This document shows, in pieces, positions 1-11,950 of a stretch of DNA of 64,000 nt. The stretch comes from Escherichia coli (lineage in GTDB: Bacteria > Pseudomonadota > Gammaproteobacteria > Enterobacterales > Enterobacteriaceae): assembly GCF_048403405.1 (NCBI RefSeq), contig NZ_CP183129.1; one strand, given 5' to 3'. The position numbers and the translations under genes were made by a program. Every line of letters starts with the position of its first letter. The stretch's first letter is position 1. A model generated the notes under the pieces. It made no database searches. It saw only the letters and a program-made list of their open reading frames with translations, and was not told where the DNA came from.

Positions 1-130
1 ATACCTGAAAGCGAACTCCGTGGATACCGTGATGGGACCGCTGACCTGGGATGAGAAAGGCGATCTGAAAGGCTTTGAGTTCGGCGTATTTGACTGGCAC
101 GCCAACGGCACGGCGACTGATGCGAAGTAA
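1..130 (+). CDS. livJ: Leu/Ile/Val-binding periplasmic protein LivJ, C-terminal fragment (5' end outside window)
   Basis: Frame 2 reads ...[42 protein letters not shown] then TAA at 128-130; paralogous to the LivK C-terminus at 2160-2246 in this window. Confidence 0.85.
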   Translation, partial: YLKANSVDTVMGPLTWDEKGDLKGFEFGVFDWHANGTATDAK

Positions 131-184
131 TCATTAATCGGCAACTTTGGGTTGCCGCCAAATTGCTAATATCGAGTACGTTGC

Positions 185-290
<106 letters not shown>

Positions 291-329
291 TTTCTCGTTG
301 GTCGTCACTTTTGAAATCAAACTTGACGA

Positions 330-713
330 TTAACGCTTCTCCCAGCCGCCCTGTTGTGCCGTAAATCCCAGAGCCTGCATAAACGCTGTCATCACGCCGC
401 GATCTTCCATGCCTGCATCCGCCATCCACCAGCATGAAACGCCAGGATTGTTACGCAAAACCTCTTCCAGCAGATATTGCCCCACACCGCGACGGCGGGT
501 GACTTCCCGCACGCGCAGGGAATCCAGTGCGCCCTCCGTGCCGCTTAAGGTTACCCGCACGGCCGCGAGAAGGCGCTCGTTAAAACGCGCGGCGTAGATA
601 CGGTGGTTATCGTCAACCTGTAAAGAGGAAGGGGAATACTCCGGCCAGATCTTTTGCAGGTCAATCTGGTCCTGGTCGCTAAAGTTTTCTAATCGAATGA
701 TGGTCAGCTTCAT
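330..713 (-). CDS. panM: PanD maturation factor PanM/PanZ (GNAT-fold, 127 aa)
   Basis: ORF track 127 aa MKLTIIRLENFSDQDQ...; matches recalled YhhK/PanM; position between livJ and livK as in E. coli. Confidence 0.85.
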   Translation of the reverse strand: MKLTIIRLENFSDQDQIDLQKIWPEYSPSSLQVDDNHRIYAARFNERLLAAVRVTLSGTEGALDSLRVREVTRRRGVGQYLLEEVLRNNPGVSCWWMADAGMEDRGVMTAFMQALGFTAQQGGWEKR

Positions 714-900
714 GGGGAACCCGTGTAAATCACAAAAGTGGAACCAGTGTAGCGAAATAATTTAATCGGAGGCTTTCTCTTTTTTATTTCTTTTGGCAGG
801 TGATTAATTTTTTAACAGCAATAATTACAAAGTTAAAACATTAGAGAATGAAAAATACCCAGCATAATCCCCTGAATGGTAGTGAATTATTCCGCCCTTT

Positions 901-936
901 GTGCCGTTATTTTATGCTGACAACGGCACTTTTTTC
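901..936 (+). terminator. Intrinsic terminator-like hairpin plus T-run in the panM-livK intergenic region
   Basis: gtgccgtt-attttatgctgac-aacggcac followed by tttttt; oriented on + strand upstream of livK. Confidence 0.45.
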
Positions 937-1136
937 TGTTTATCTATCAATAAATGCAGAATATTATCTGTTCTTAATCGACTGAAAAATAGGGATTTTA
1001 ATCGCTATTATCACAAAATACTGCGCTAAACCCTTAATCAGACAGGCAAAAACAGTGCAGTATAAAAAAAGAACAGTCTGATTTGTTAACACATAAAAAC
1101 AAAGCAACACAACATCACGAATGGGGATTTTTGACT

Positions 1137-2246
1137 ATGAAACGGAATGCGAAACCTATCATCGCAGGGATGATTGCACTGGCAATTTCACACACCGCTA
1201 TGGCTGACGATATTAAAGTCGCCGTTGTCGGCGCGATGTCCGGCCCGATTGCCCAGTGGGGCGATATGGAATTTAACGGCGCGCGTCAGGCGATTAAAGA
1301 CATTAATGCCAAAGGGGGAATTAAAGGCGATAAGCTGGTTGGCGTGGAATATGACGACGCCTGCGACCCGAAACAAGCCGTTGCGGTCGCCAACAAAATC
1401 GTTAACGACGGCATTAAATACGTTATTGGGCACTTGTGTTCCTCCTCTACCCAACCTGCATCAGATATCTACGAAGACGAAGGTATTCTGATGATCTCGC
1501 CGGGAGCGACCAACCCGGAGCTGACCCAACGCGGTTATCAATACATCATGCGTACTGCCGGGCTGGACTCTTCCCAGGGGCCAACGGCGGCAAAATACAT
1601 TCTTGAGACGGTGAAGCCCCAGCGCATCGCCATCATTCATGACAAACAACAGTATGGCGAAGGGCTGGCACGTTCGGTGCAGGACGGGCTGAAAGCGGCT
1701 AACGCCAACGTCGTCTTCTTCGACGGCATCACCGCTGGCGAGAAAGATTTCTCCGCGCTGATCGCCCGCCTGAAAAAAGAAAATATCGACTTCGTTTACT
1801 ACGGCGGTTACTACCCGGAAATGGGGCAGATGCTGCGCCAGGCCCGTTCTGTCGGCCTGAAAACCCAATTTATGGGGCCGGAAGGTGTGGGTAATGCGTC
1901 GTTGTCGAATATTGCTGGCGATGCTGCCGAAGGCATGTTGGTCACTATGCCAAAACGCTATGACCAGGATCCGGCAAATCAGGGCATCGTTGATGCGCTG
2001 AAAGCAGACAAGAAAGATCCGTCCGGGCCATATGTCTGGATCACTTACGCGGCGGTGCAATCTCTGGCGACTGCACTTGAGCGTACCGGCAGCGATGAGC
2101 CGCTGGCACTGGTGAAAGATTTAAAAGCTAACGGTGCAAACACCGTGATTGGGCCGCTGAACTGGGATGAAAAAGGCGATCTTAAGGGATTTGATTTTGG
2201 TGTCTTCCAGTGGCACGCCGACGGTTCATCCACGGCAGCCAAGTGA
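1137..2246 (+). CDS. livK: Leucine-specific periplasmic binding protein LivK (369 aa)
   Basis: ORF 1083..2246; native start taken at [23 protein letters not shown] (signal peptide) at 1137; type I periplasmic binding protein. Confidence 0.93.
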   Translation: MKRNAKPIIAGMIALAISHTAMADDIKVAVVGAMSGPIAQWGDMEFNGARQAIKDINAKGGIKGDKLVGVEYDDACDPKQAVAVANKIVNDGIKYVIGHLCSSSTQPASDIYEDEGILMISPGATNPELTQRGYQYIMRTAGLDSSQGPTAAKYILETVKPQRIAIIHDKQQYGEGLARSVQDGLKAANANVVFFDGITAGEKDFSALIARLKKENIDFVYYGGYYPEMGQMLRQARSVGLKTQFMGPEGVGNASLSNIAGDAAEGMLVTMPKRYDQDPANQGIVDALKADKKDPSGPYVWITYAAVQSLATALERTGSDEPLALVKDLKANGANTVIGPLNWDEKGDLKGFDFGVFQWHADGSSTAAK

Positions 2247-2253
2247 TCATCCC

Positions 2254-2280
2254 ACCGCCCGTAAAATGCGGGCGGGTTTA
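2254..2280 (+). terminator. Hairpin after livK (partial terminator / attenuator before livH)
   Basis: ccgcccg-taaaat-gcgggcgg followed by gttta, directly after the livK stop. Confidence 0.45.
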
Positions 2281-2293
2281 GAAAGGTTACCTT

Positions 2294-3220
2294 ATGTCTG
2301 AGCAGTTTTTGTATTTCTTGCAGCAGATGTTTAACGGCGTCACGCTGGGCAGTACCTACGCGCTGATAGCCATCGGCTACACCATGGTTTACGGCATTAT
2401 CGGCATGATCAACTTCGCCCACGGCGAGGTTTATATGATTGGTAGCTATGTCTCCTTTATGATCATCGCCGCACTGATGATGATGGGCATTGATACCGGC
2501 TGGCTGCTGGTGGCGGCGGGATTCGTCGGCGCAATCGTCATTGCCAGCGCCTACGGCTGGAGTATCGAACGGGTAGCCTATCGTCCGGTGCGTAACTCTA
2601 AGCGCCTGATTGCGCTTATTTCCGCAATCGGCATGTCTATCTTCCTGCAAAACTACGTTAGCCTGACCGAAGGTTCGCGCGACGTGGCGCTGCCCAGCCT
2701 GTTTAACGGTCAGTGGGTGGTGGGCCATAGCGAAAACTTCTCTGCCTCTATTACCACCATGCAGGCGGTGATATGGATTGTTACTTTCCTCGCCATGCTG
2801 GCGCTGACGATTTTCATTCGCTATTCCCGTATGGGGCGCGCCTGCCGTGCCTGCGCGGAAGATCTGAAAATGGCGAGCCTGCTTGGCATCAACACCGACC
2901 GGGTGATTGCGCTGACCTTTGTGATTGGCGCGGCGATGGCGGCGGTGGCGGGTGTGCTGCTCGGTCAGTTCTACGGCGTCATTAACCCCTACATCGGCTT
3001 TATGGCCGGGATGAAAGCCTTTACCGCTGCGGTGCTCGGTGGGATTGGCAGCATTCCGGGAGCGATGATTGGCGGCCTGATTCTGGGGATTGCGGAGGCG
3101 CTCTCTTCTGCCTATCTGAGTACGGAATATAAAGATGTGGTCTCATTCGCCCTGCTGATTCTGGTGTTGCTGGTGATGCCGACCGGTATTCTGGGTCGCC
3201 CGGAGGTAGAGAAAGTATGA
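2294..3220 (+). CDS. livH: Branched-chain amino acid ABC transporter permease LivH
   Basis: 308 aa hydrophobic [37 protein letters not shown]...; stop overlaps livM start. Confidence 0.93.
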   Translation: MSEQFLYFLQQMFNGVTLGSTYALIAIGYTMVYGIIGMINFAHGEVYMIGSYVSFMIIAALMMMGIDTGWLLVAAGFVGAIVIASAYGWSIERVAYRPVRNSKRLIALISAIGMSIFLQNYVSLTEGSRDVALPSLFNGQWVVGHSENFSASITTMQAVIWIVTFLAMLALTIFIRYSRMGRACRACAEDLKMASLLGINTDRVIALTFVIGAAMAAVAGVLLGQFYGVINPYIGFMAGMKAFTAAVLGGIGSIPGAMIGGLILGIAEALSSAYLSTEYKDVVSFALLILVLLVMPTGILGRPEVEKV

Positions 3221-4494
3221 AACCGATGCATATTGCAATGGCGCTGCTTTCTGCCGCGATGTTCTTTGTCCTCGCTGGCGTCTTTATGGGCGTGCAACTG
3301 GAGCTGGATGGCACCAAACTGGTGGTCGATAGCGCTTCGGATGTCCGTTGGCAGTGGGTGTTTATCGGCACGGCGGTGGTCTTTTTCTTCCAGCTTTTGC
3401 GACCGGCTTTCCAGAAAGGGTTGAAAAGCATTTCCGGACCGAAGTTTATTCTGCCAGCGATTGATGGCTCCACGGTGAAGCAAAAGCTGTTTCTCGTGGC
3501 GCTGCTGGTGCTTGCGGTGGCGTGGCCGTTTATGGTTTCACGTGGGACGGTGGATATCGCCACTCTGACCATGATCTACATTATTCTTGGTCTCGGGCTG
3601 AACGTGGTGGTAGGGCTTTCTGGTCTGCTGGTGCTCGGTTACGGCGGCTTTTACGCCATCGGCGCTTACACCTTTGCGCTGCTCAATCACTATTACGGTC
3701 TGGGGTTCTGGACCTGTCTGCCGATTGCCGGGTTAATGGCGGCGGCGGCGGGCTTCCTGCTCGGCTTTCCGGTGCTGCGTCTGCGCGGTGACTATCTGGC
3801 GATCGTTACCCTCGGTTTCGGCGAAATTGTGCGCATATTGCTGCTCAATAACACCGAAATCACCGGCGGCCCGAACGGGATCAGTCAGATCCCGAAACCG
3901 ACTTTTTTCGGCCTTGAGTTCAGCCGTACCGCTCGTGAAGGCGGCTGGGACACGTTCAGTAATTTCTTTGGCCTGAAATACGATCCCTCCGATCGTGTCA
4001 TCTTCCTCTACCTGGTGGCGTTGCTGCTGGTGGTGCTAAGCCTGTTTGTCATTAACCGCCTGCTGCGGATGCCGCTGGGGCGTGCGTGGGAAGCGTTACG
4101 TGAAGATGAAATCGCCTGCCGTTCGCTGGGCTTAAGCCCGCGTCGTATCAAGCTGACTGCCTTTACCATAAGTGCCGCGTTTGCCGGTTTTGCCGGAACG
4201 CTGTTTGCTGCGCGTCAGGGCTTTGTCAGCCCGGAATCCTTCACCTTTGCTGAATCAGCCTTTGTACTGGCGATAGTGGTGCTCGGCGGTATGGGCTCGC
4301 AATTTGCAGTGATTCTGGCGGCTGTTCTGCTGGTGGTATCGCGCGAGTTGATGCGTGATTTCAACGAATACAGCATGTTAATGCTCGGTGGTTTGATGGT
4401 GCTGATGATGATCTGGCGTCCGCAGGGCTTGCTGCCCATGACGCGCCCGCAACTGAAGCTGAAAAACGGCGCAGCGAAAGGAGAGCAGGCATGA
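3217..4494 (+). CDS. livM: Branched-chain amino acid ABC transporter permease LivM
   Basis: 425 aa membrane ORF overlapping the livH stop (ATGA) and the livG start. Confidence 0.93.
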   Translation: MKPMHIAMALLSAAMFFVLAGVFMGVQLELDGTKLVVDSASDVRWQWVFIGTAVVFFFQLLRPAFQKGLKSISGPKFILPAIDGSTVKQKLFLVALLVLAVAWPFMVSRGTVDIATLTMIYIILGLGLNVVVGLSGLLVLGYGGFYAIGAYTFALLNHYYGLGFWTCLPIAGLMAAAAGFLLGFPVLRLRGDYLAIVTLGFGEIVRILLLNNTEITGGPNGISQIPKPTFFGLEFSRTAREGGWDTFSNFFGLKYDPSDRVIFLYLVALLLVVLSLFVINRLLRMPLGRAWEALREDEIACRSLGLSPRRIKLTAFTISAAFAGFAGTLFAARQGFVSPESFTFAESAFVLAIVVLGGMGSQFAVILAAVLLVVSRELMRDFNEYSMLMLGGLMVLMMIWRPQGLLPMTRPQLKLKNGAAKGEQA

Positions 4495-5258
4495 GTCAGC
4501 CATTATTATCCGTTAACGGCCTGATGATGCGCTTCGGCGGCCTGCTGGCGGTGAACAACGTCAATCTCGAATTGTACCCGCAGGAGATCGTCTCGTTAAT
4601 CGGCCCTAACGGTGCCGGAAAAACCACGGTCTTCAACTGCCTGACCGGATTCTACAAACCCACCGGCGGTACCATTTTACTGCGCGATCAGCACCTGGAA
4701 GGTTTACCGGGGCAGCAAATCGCCCGCATGGGCGTGGTGCGCACCTTCCAGCATGTGCGTCTGTTCCGTGAAATGACGGTGATTGAAAACCTGCTGGTGG
4801 CGCAGCATCAGCAACTGAAAACCGGGCTGTTCTCTGGCCTGTTGAAAACGCCTTCTTTCCGTCGCGCCCAGAGCGAAGCGCTCGACCGCGCCGCTACCTG
4901 GCTTGAGCGCATTGGTTTGCTGGAACATGCCAACCGTCAGGCGAGTAACCTGGCCTATGGTGACCAGCGTCGTCTGGAGATTGCCCGCTGCATGGTGACG
5001 CAGCCGGAGATTTTAATGCTCGACGAACCTGCGGCAGGTCTTAACCCGAAAGAGACGAAAGAGCTGGATGAGCTGATTGCCGAACTGCGTAACCATCACA
5101 ACACCACTATCTTGTTGATTGAACACGATATGAAGCTGGTGATGGGGATTTCAGACAGAATTTACGTGGTCAATCAGGGGACGCCGCTGGCAAACGGTAC
5201 GCCGGAGCAGATCCGTAATAACCCGGACGTGATCCGTGCCTATTTAGGTGAGGCATAA
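4491..5258 (+). CDS. livG: Branched-chain amino acid ABC transporter ATP-binding protein LivG
   Basis: 255 aa; Walker [13 protein letters not shown] signature and Walker [11 protein letters not shown]. Confidence 0.93.
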   Translation: MSQPLLSVNGLMMRFGGLLAVNNVNLELYPQEIVSLIGPNGAGKTTVFNCLTGFYKPTGGTILLRDQHLEGLPGQQIARMGVVRTFQHVRLFREMTVIENLLVAQHQQLKTGLFSGLLKTPSFRRAQSEALDRAATWLERIGLLEHANRQASNLAYGDQRRLEIARCMVTQPEILMLDEPAAGLNPKETKELDELIAELRNHHNTTILLIEHDMKLVMGISDRIYVVNQGTPLANGTPEQIRNNPDVIRAYLGEA

Positions 5259-5259
5259 G

Positions 5260-5973
5260 ATGGAAAAAGTCATGTTGTCCTTTGACAAAGTCAGCGCCCA
5301 CTACGGCAAAATCCAGGCGCTGCATGAGGTGAGCCTGCATATCAATCAGGGCGAAATTGTCACGCTGATTGGCGCGAACGGGGCGGGGAAAACCACCTTG
5401 CTCGGCACGTTATGCGGCGACCCACGCGCCACCAGCGGGCGAATTGTGTTTGATGATAAAGACATTACCGACTGGCAGACGGCGAAAATCATGCGCGAAG
5501 CGGTGGCGATTGTCCCGGAAGGACGCCGCGTCTTCTCGCGGATGACGGTGGAAGAGAACCTGGCGATGGGCGGTTTTTTTGCTGAACGTGACCAGTTCCA
5601 GGAACGCATAAAGTGGGTGTATGAACTGTTTCCACGTCTGCATGAGCGCCGTGTTCAGCGGGCGGGCACCATGTCCGGCGGTGAGCAGCAGATGCTGGCG
5701 ATTGGTCGCGCGCTGATGAGCAACCCGCGTTTATTGTTGCTTGATGAGCCATCGCTCGGTCTTGCGCCGATTATCATCCAGCAAATTTTCGACACCATCG
5801 AGCAGCTGCGCGAGCAGGGGATGACTATCTTCCTCGTTGAGCAGAACGCCAACCAGGCGCTGAAGCTCGCTGATCGCGGCTACGTTCTGGAAAACGGTCA
5901 TGTGGTGCTCTCCGATACCGGCGACGCGCTGCTGGCAAATGAAGCGGTGAGAAGTGCGTATTTAGGCGGGTAA
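5260..5973 (+). CDS. livF: Branched-chain amino acid ABC transporter ATP-binding protein LivF (237 aa)
   Basis: ORF 5248..5973; start taken at MEKVMLSFDKV (5260); Walker A GANGAGKTT; SGGEQQMLAIGRAL. Confidence 0.92.
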   Translation: MEKVMLSFDKVSAHYGKIQALHEVSLHINQGEIVTLIGANGAGKTTLLGTLCGDPRATSGRIVFDDKDITDWQTAKIMREAVAIVPEGRRVFSRMTVEENLAMGGFFAERDQFQERIKWVYELFPRLHERRVQRAGTMSGGEQQMLAIGRALMSNPRLLLLDEPSLGLAPIIIQQIFDTIEQLREQGMTIFLVEQNANQALKLADRGYVLENGHVVLSDTGDALLANEAVRSAYLGG

Positions 5974-5990
5974 TAACACGTTGATTGATA

Positions 5991-6015
5991 AGGAGTCAAA
6001 AGACTCCTTTGAGAC
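5991..6015 (+). terminator. Intrinsic terminator after livF
   Basis: aggagtc-aaaag-gactcct hairpin followed by ttgaga, 18 nt after the livF stop. Confidence 0.5.
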
Positions 6016-6035
6016 AGGTTACAAATGTAAAATTG

Positions 6036-6136
<101 letters not shown>

Positions 6137-6370
6137 AAACGATGAGCAATCTGTAGAGTTTGATTCAGACCTTCTATTTTTCCCGCTTATCCGTGCCCCA
6201 TCTCCCATTTTCCCTCACCCGTACCGTCACCGCCTTGTCATCTTTCTGACACCTTACTATCTTACAAATGTAACAAAAAAGTTATTTTTCTGTAATTCGA
6301 GCATGTCATGTTACCCCGCGAGCATAAAACGCGTGAATTCGCGCATTCGGTACAACAAGAGAGATAAACG

Positions 6371-7687
6371 ATGAAACCGTTACATTATACAGCTTCAGCA
6401 CTGGCGCTCGGACTGGCGTTAATGGGGAATGCACAGGCAGTGACGACCATTCCGTTCTGGCATTCTATGGAAGGGGAACTGGGTAAAGAGGTGGATTCTC
6501 TGGCCCAACGTTTTAACGCCGAAAACCCGGATTACAAAATTGTACCGACCTATAAAGGCAACTACGAACAGAATTTAAGCGCGGGGATTGCCGCATTTCG
6601 TACCGGCAACGCTCCGGCTATTTTGCAGGTTTATGAAGTTGGCACCGCCACCATGATGGCGTCGAAAGCCATTAAACCGGTGTATGACGTGTTTAAAGAG
6701 GCGGGGATTCAGTTCGATGAGTCGCAGTTTGTGCCGACGGTTTCAGGCTATTACTCCGACAGCAAAACCGGCCACTTACTCTCCCAGCCGTTCAACAGCT
6801 CGACTCCTGTTCTCTATTACAACAAAGACGCCTTCAAGAAAGCGGGGTTAGACCCGGAACAGCCGCCGAAAACCTGGCAGGATCTGGCGGACTATGCCGC
6901 GAAACTGAAAGCCTCCGGTATGAAGTGCGGCTACGCCAGCGGCTGGCAGGGCTGGATCCAACTGGAAAACTTTAGCGCCTGGAACGGTCTGCCGTTTGCC
7001 AGCAAAAACAACGGCTTTGACGGCACAGACGCGGTGCTGGAGTTCAACAAGCCGGAGCAGGTGAAACACATCGCTATGCTCGAAGAGATGAACAAGAAGG
7101 GCGATTTCAGCTACGTCGGGCGTAAGGATGAATCCACTGAGAAGTTCTATAACGGTGATTGCGCGATGACCACCGCCTCTTCCGGTTCTCTCGCCAACAT
7201 TCGCGAGTACGCCAAATTTAACTACGGCGTAGGCATGATGCCTTACGACGCCGATGCGAAAGATGCGCCACAAAACGCCATTATCGGCGGAGCCAGCTTG
7301 TGGGTAATGCAGGGTAAAGATAAAGAAACTTATACGGGTGTGGCGAAGTTCCTCGACTTCCTCGCGAAGCCAGAAAACGCTGCCGAGTGGCATCAGAAAA
7401 CTGGTTATCTGCCAATCACCAAAGCGGCGTATGACCTGACCCGTGAGCAGGGTTTTTATGAGAAAAACCCAGGGGCGGATACCGCGACGCGTCAGATGCT
7501 GAATAAGCCGCCGTTACCGTTCACCAAAGGGCTGCGTCTGGGTAACATGCCGCAGATCCGCGTGATTGTGGATGAAGAGCTGGAGAGCGTGTGGACCGGT
7601 AAGAAGACACCACAGCAGGCACTGGATACCGCCGTTGAGCGTGGGAACCAGTTACTGCGCCGCTTTGAGCAGTCTACGAAGTCTTAA
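6371..7687 (+). CDS. ugpB: sn-glycerol-3-phosphate ABC transporter periplasmic binding protein UgpB
   Basis: 438 aa with signal peptide [23 protein letters not shown]; first gene of the ugpBAECQ order. Confidence 0.93.
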   Translation: MKPLHYTASALALGLALMGNAQAVTTIPFWHSMEGELGKEVDSLAQRFNAENPDYKIVPTYKGNYEQNLSAGIAAFRTGNAPAILQVYEVGTATMMASKAIKPVYDVFKEAGIQFDESQFVPTVSGYYSDSKTGHLLSQPFNSSTPVLYYNKDAFKKAGLDPEQPPKTWQDLADYAAKLKASGMKCGYASGWQGWIQLENFSAWNGLPFASKNNGFDGTDAVLEFNKPEQVKHIAMLEEMNKKGDFSYVGRKDESTEKFYNGDCAMTTASSGSLANIREYAKFNYGVGMMPYDADAKDAPQNAIIGGASLWVMQGKDKETYTGVAKFLDFLAKPENAAEWHQKTGYLPITKAAYDLTREQGFYEKNPGADTATRQMLNKPPLPFTKGLRLGNMPQIRVIVDEELESVWTGKKTPQQALDTAVERGNQLLRRFEQSTKS

Positions 7688-7689
7688 TT

Positions 7690-7850
7690 CTCTTACCCTC
7701 ACCCTAACCCTCTCCCAAAGGGAGAGGGGACCGATCGGCGTGGTATCCAGGTGCCGTGTCGGTTTGCAACTTCGCTCGGTGGGAAAGTATGCACCGCCTT
7801 TCTCCCTCGCCCCTCTGGGGAGAGGGCCGGGGTGAGGGGATCACAACACG
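7690..7850. repeat. GC-rich nested palindromic intergenic element between ugpB and ugpA
   Basis: ccctctccc-aaa-gggagaggg and ccctcgcccctctggggagagggccggggtgaggg hairpins, with outer cctcaccc ... gggtgagg complementarity. Confidence 0.5.
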
Positions 7851-7862
7851 AAGAGTTTAACT

Positions 7863-8750
7863 ATGTCATCATCCCGTCCGGTGTTCCGCTCGCGCTGGCT
7901 GCCCTATTTGCTGGTCGCGCCGCAGCTCATCATCACCGTTATCTTTTTTATCTGGCCTGCGGGCGAAGCGTTGTGGTACTCGCTGCAAAGCGTCGATCCG
8001 TTTGGTTTCTCCAGCCAGTTTGTCGGCCTGGATAACTTCGTCACGCTGTTTCATGACAGCTACTATCTCGACTCCTTCTGGACGACGATAAAATTCAGCA
8101 CCTTTGTCACCGTCAGTGGTTTGCTGGTGTCGCTGTTCTTTGCGGCGCTGGTGGAGTACATCGTGCGCGGCAGCCGTTTCTATCAAACCTTGATGCTGCT
8201 GCCGTATGCCGTGGCTCCCGCCGTTGCCGCCGTATTGTGGATCTTCCTGTTTAACCCTGGTCGCGGGCTGATCACCCATTTTCTCGCTGAGTTCGGCTAC
8301 GACTGGAACCACGCGCAAAACAGCGGTCAGGCGATGTTTCTGGTGGTGTTTGCCTCGGTGTGGAAGCAAATCAGCTACAACTTTCTGTTCTTCTATGCCG
8401 CGCTGCAATCCATTCCCCGTTCGTTGATCGAAGCCGCAGCCATCGACGGTGCAGGCCCGATTCGCCGCTTCTTTAAGATTGCGCTGCCGCTTATCGCTCC
8501 GGTGAGTTTCTTCCTGCTGGTGGTGAACCTGGTGTACGCCTTCTTCGACACCTTCCCGGTGATCGACGCCGCCACGTCCGGCGGGCCGGTTCAGGCCACC
8601 ACGACGCTGATTTATAAGATTTACCGCGAAGGCTTTACCGGACTGGATCTGGCTTCGTCTGCCGCGCAGTCGGTGGTGTTGATGTTCCTCGTCATCGTGC
8701 TGACGGTGGTGCAGTTCCGCTATGTTGAAAGCAAGGTGCGTTACCAATGA
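7863..8750 (+). CDS. ugpA: sn-glycerol-3-phosphate ABC transporter permease UgpA
   Basis: 295 aa membrane protein with MalF/G-type permease fold. Confidence 0.92.
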
Positions 8751-9592
8751 TTGAGAACCGTCCGTGGCTGACAATATTCAGCCATACCATGCTGATCCTC
8801 GGGATCGCGGTGATCCTCTTCCCACTGTACGTGGCGTTTGTCGCGGCGACGCTGGATAAACAAGAAGTCTACGCCGCGCCGATGACGCTTATTCCCAGCA
8901 CGCATCTGCTGGAAAACATCCACAACATCTGGGTGAACGGGGTAGGCACGAATAGCGCGCCGTTCTGGCGGATGTTGCTTAACAGCTTTGTGATGGCGTT
9001 CAGCATTACGCTCGGCAAAATTACCGTCTCGATGCTCTCGGCCTTTGCCATTGTCTGGTTTCGTTTTCCGCTGCGTAACCTCTTCTTCTGGATGATTTTT
9101 ATCACCCTGATGCTGCCGGTTGAAGTGCGTATCTTCCCGACAGTGGAAGTCATCGCCAACCTGAAAATGCTCGACAGCTACGCCGGCTTAACGCTGCCGC
9201 TGATGGCCTCGGCGACCGCCACCTTCCTGTTCCGCCAGTTCTTTATGACGCTGCCGGATGAGCTGGTGGAAGCCGCGCGGATCGACGGCGCGTCACCAAT
9301 GCGTTTCTTTTGCGACATCGTTTTTCCGCTGTCCAAAACCAATCTGGCGGCGCTGTTTGTGATCACCTTTATCTACGGCTGGAACCAGTATTTGTGGCCG
9401 TTGTTGATTATTACCGATGTGGATCTCGGCACCACCGTGGCAGGGATTAAAGGGATGATCGCCACAGGCGAAGGCACAACGGAATGGAACTCGGTGATGG
9501 CGGCGATGTTGTTAACCCTGATCCCACCAGTAGTGATTGTTTTAGTGATGCAGCGTGCCTTCGTGCGCGGCCTGGTCGATAGTGAGAAATAA
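8747..9592 (+). CDS. ugpE: sn-glycerol-3-phosphate ABC transporter permease UgpE
   Basis: 281 aa membrane protein; start overlaps the ugpA stop. Confidence 0.92.
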
Positions 9593-9593
9593 G

Positions 9594-10664
9594 ATGGCAG
9601 GACTGAAATTACAGGCAGTAACCAAAAGCTGGGATGGCAAAACCCAGGTCATTAAACCGCTGACCCTTGATGTGGCGGATGGCGAATTTATCGTGATGGT
9701 CGGGCCGTCTGGCTGCGGGAAATCGACGTTATTGCGAATGGTGGCCGGACTGGAGCGGGTAACGACGGGCGATATCTGGATCGACCGCAAGCGTGTCACC
9801 GAAATGGAGCCGAAAGATCGCGGGATTGCGATGGTGTTCCAGAACTACGCGCTCTATCCGCATATGAGCGTAGAGGAGAACATGGCGTGGGGGCTGAAAA
9901 TTCGCGGCATGGGCAAGCAACAAATTGCCGAACGTGTTAAAGAAGCGGCGCGCATTCTGGAGCTGGACGGCCTGCTTAAGCGCCGCCCGCGTGAGCTATC
10001 TGGCGGTCAGCGTCAGCGCGTGGCGATGGGGCGTGCGATTGTGCGTGAGCCGGCAGTGTTCCTGTTTGATGAGCCGCTCTCTAACCTCGATGCCAAGTTG
10101 CGTGTGCAGATGCGTCTTGAACTGCAACAGCTGCACCGTCGCCTGAAAACGACTTCACTCTACGTTACTCACGATCAGGTTGAAGCGATGACGCTCGCCC
10201 AGCGAGTAATGGTGATGAACGGCGGCGTTGCCGAACAGATTGGCACGCCAGTTGAAGTGTACGAAAAGCCCGCCAGCCTGTTTGTGGCGAGTTTTATCGG
10301 CAGTCCGGCGATGAATCTGCTGGCAGGGCGTGTGAATAACGAAGGTACGCATTTCGAACTGGACGGCGGTATCGCGCTGCCGCTAAACGGTGGCTACCGT
10401 CAGTATGCCGGGCGTAAAATGACTCTCGGCATTCGCCCGGAACATATAGCGCTAAGCTCGCAGGCAGAAGGTGGTGTGCCGCTGGTGATGGACACGCTGG
10501 AGATCCTCGGCGCAGATAATCTGGCGCACGGACGCTGGGGCGAACAGAAGCTGGTGGTGCGACTGGCGCATCAGGAGCGCCCGACGGCAGGCAGCACGCT
10601 GTGGCTGCATCTGCCGGAAAATCAGCTGCATCTTTTTGATGGTGAAACAGGACAACGAGTATGA
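9594..10664 (+). CDS. ugpC: sn-glycerol-3-phosphate ABC transporter ATP-binding protein UgpC (356 aa)
   Basis: ORF 9555..10664; ATG at 9594 gives [13 protein letters not shown]...; Walker [10 protein letters not shown]; MalK-like C-terminal domain. Confidence 0.92.
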   Translation: MAGLKLQAVTKSWDGKTQVIKPLTLDVADGEFIVMVGPSGCGKSTLLRMVAGLERVTTGDIWIDRKRVTEMEPKDRGIAMVFQNYALYPHMSVEENMAWGLKIRGMGKQQIAERVKEAARILELDGLLKRRPRELSGGQRQRVAMGRAIVREPAVFLFDEPLSNLDAKLRVQMRLELQQLHRRLKTTSLYVTHDQVEAMTLAQRVMVMNGGVAEQIGTPVEVYEKPASLFVASFIGSPAMNLLAGRVNNEGTHFELDGGIALPLNGGYRQYAGRKMTLGIRPEHIALSSQAEGGVPLVMDTLEILGADNLAHGRWGEQKLVVRLAHQERPTAGSTLWLHLPENQLHLFDGETGQRV

Positions 10665-11404
10665 GTAACTGGCCTTATCCCCGCATCGTCGCCCATCGTG
10701 GCGGCGGTAAACTGGCCCCGGAGAACACCCTGGCAGCAATCGACGTCGGGGCAAAATACGGTCATAAGATGATCGAATTTGACGCGAAGTTATCGAAAGA
10801 TGGCGAGATCTTCCTGCTCCATGACGACAATCTTGAACGCACCAGCAACGGCTGGGGCGTCGCGGGCGATCTGAACTGGCAGGATTTACTGCGCGTGGAT
10901 GCAGGCAGTTGGTACAGCAAAGCGTTTAAAGGTGAGCCGCTACCGTTGCTTTCGCAGGTGGCGGAACGCTGTCGCGAACACGGGATGATGGCGAATATCG
11001 AAATCAAACCCACCACTGGCACCGGGCCATTAACGGGCAAAATGGTGGCGCTGGCGGCACGCGAACTGTGGGCCGATATGACGCCGCCGCTGCTGTCATC
11101 CTTTGAGATTGATGCTTTAGAAGCTGCACAACAGGCTGCACCGGAACTGCCGCGCGGTTTGTTGTTGGATGAGTGGCGCGACGACTGGCGAGAACTGACC
11201 GCGCGACTGGGCTGCGTCTCTATTCATCTCAATCATAAGTTGCTTGATAAAGCGCGAGTGATGCAGTTGAAAGACGCCGGATTACGGATTCTGGTTTATA
11301 CCGTCAATAAACCCCAGCGCGCGGCAGAGTTGCTGCGCTGGGGCGTGGATTGCATCTGCACCGATGCGATTGACGTGATTGGTCCGAACTTTACGGCCCA
11401 ATAG
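10661..11404 (+). CDS. ugpQ: Glycerophosphodiester phosphodiesterase UgpQ
   Basis: 247 aa, [23 protein letters not shown]... (GDPD family HRG motif). Confidence 0.92.
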   Translation: MSNWPYPRIVAHRGGGKLAPENTLAAIDVGAKYGHKMIEFDAKLSKDGEIFLLHDDNLERTSNGWGVAGDLNWQDLLRVDAGSWYSKAFKGEPLPLLSQVAERCREHGMMANIEIKPTTGTGPLTGKMVALAARELWADMTPPLLSSFEIDALEAAQQAAPELPRGLLLDEWRDDWRELTARLGCVSIHLNHKLLDKARVMQLKDAGLRILVYTVNKPQRAAELLRWGVDCICTDAIDVIGPNFTAQ

Positions 11405-11831
11405 TTTTCAACGGAATATCAGGCTGCGGCGTGCTGGGCTGATTCAGCATGTCGCCGTTTCTCCTCTCCGGCAACATATGCTGCTGATTCAACGAACTAT
11501 CCGGATTACGGTTGCTGTTTAACATCCCGCCGTTGGTGTTGGGCAGCATTTGCTGCCGGGCGGGATTTCGCTCCCCCGGCTGTGACTGCAACACCCGCTG
11601 AGAATTATTGTTGATCTGGTTTTCTAAATGCTGCTGTTGCAACTGCGTTTGCGTTTTCAGTTGCTGATTCAGCATCCCTTTTTGCTGGATTTGCTGCGTT
11701 TGCATTTGAGTCTGCATCCGCTGCTGGCTGGGGATCTGATATCCCGGCTGGTTGGGGTTGTTCAGAGTATTAATGGGCTGTGCAAAGCCGACAAACGGCA
11801 GGAGTGCCGTCAAAAGCAGAAGTCGTTTCAT
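11391..11831 (-). CDS. yhhA: Gln-rich secreted protein YhhA (146 aa)
   Basis: Signal peptide [17 protein letters not shown] followed by Q/N-rich low-complexity sequence; 3' end overlaps ugpQ 3' end (convergent). Confidence 0.8.
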   Translation of the reverse strand: MKRLLLLTALLPFVGFAQPINTLNNPNQPGYQIPSQQRMQTQMQTQQIQQKGMLNQQLKTQTQLQQQHLENQINNNSQRVLQSQPGERNPARQQMLPNTNGGMLNSNRNPDSSLNQQHMLPERRNGDMLNQPSTPQPDIPLKTIGP

Positions 11832-11950
11832 CGCGTATCCTCCTCTGAAGATATTCTTTAAGTTTACTCGCTTCCCGGCAAAACGATGATTAATTCAGAG
11901 TTATATACCAGGCTTAGCTGGGGTTGCCCCTTAATCTCTGGAGAATAACG

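Noticed and set aside
848-994. 48-codon ORF (MKNTQHNPLNGSELF...) in the livK upstream region
   Set aside because: Reads through the intrinsic terminator hairpin at 901-936 and has no convincing RBS; region is better explained as livK regulatory DNA.
7869-8774. 301-aa minus-strand ORF antisense to ugpA (Arg/His/Gln-rich)
   Set aside because: Lies entirely within the confidently identified ugpA gene on the opposite strand; composition is typical of antisense frames of GC-rich genes; no RBS or homology recognised.
11391-11831. Q/N-rich low-complexity tract that could be mistaken for a tandem DNA repeat
   Set aside because: It is the coding sequence of the secreted Gln-rich protein YhhA (clear signal peptide and intact frame), not a non-coding repeat.
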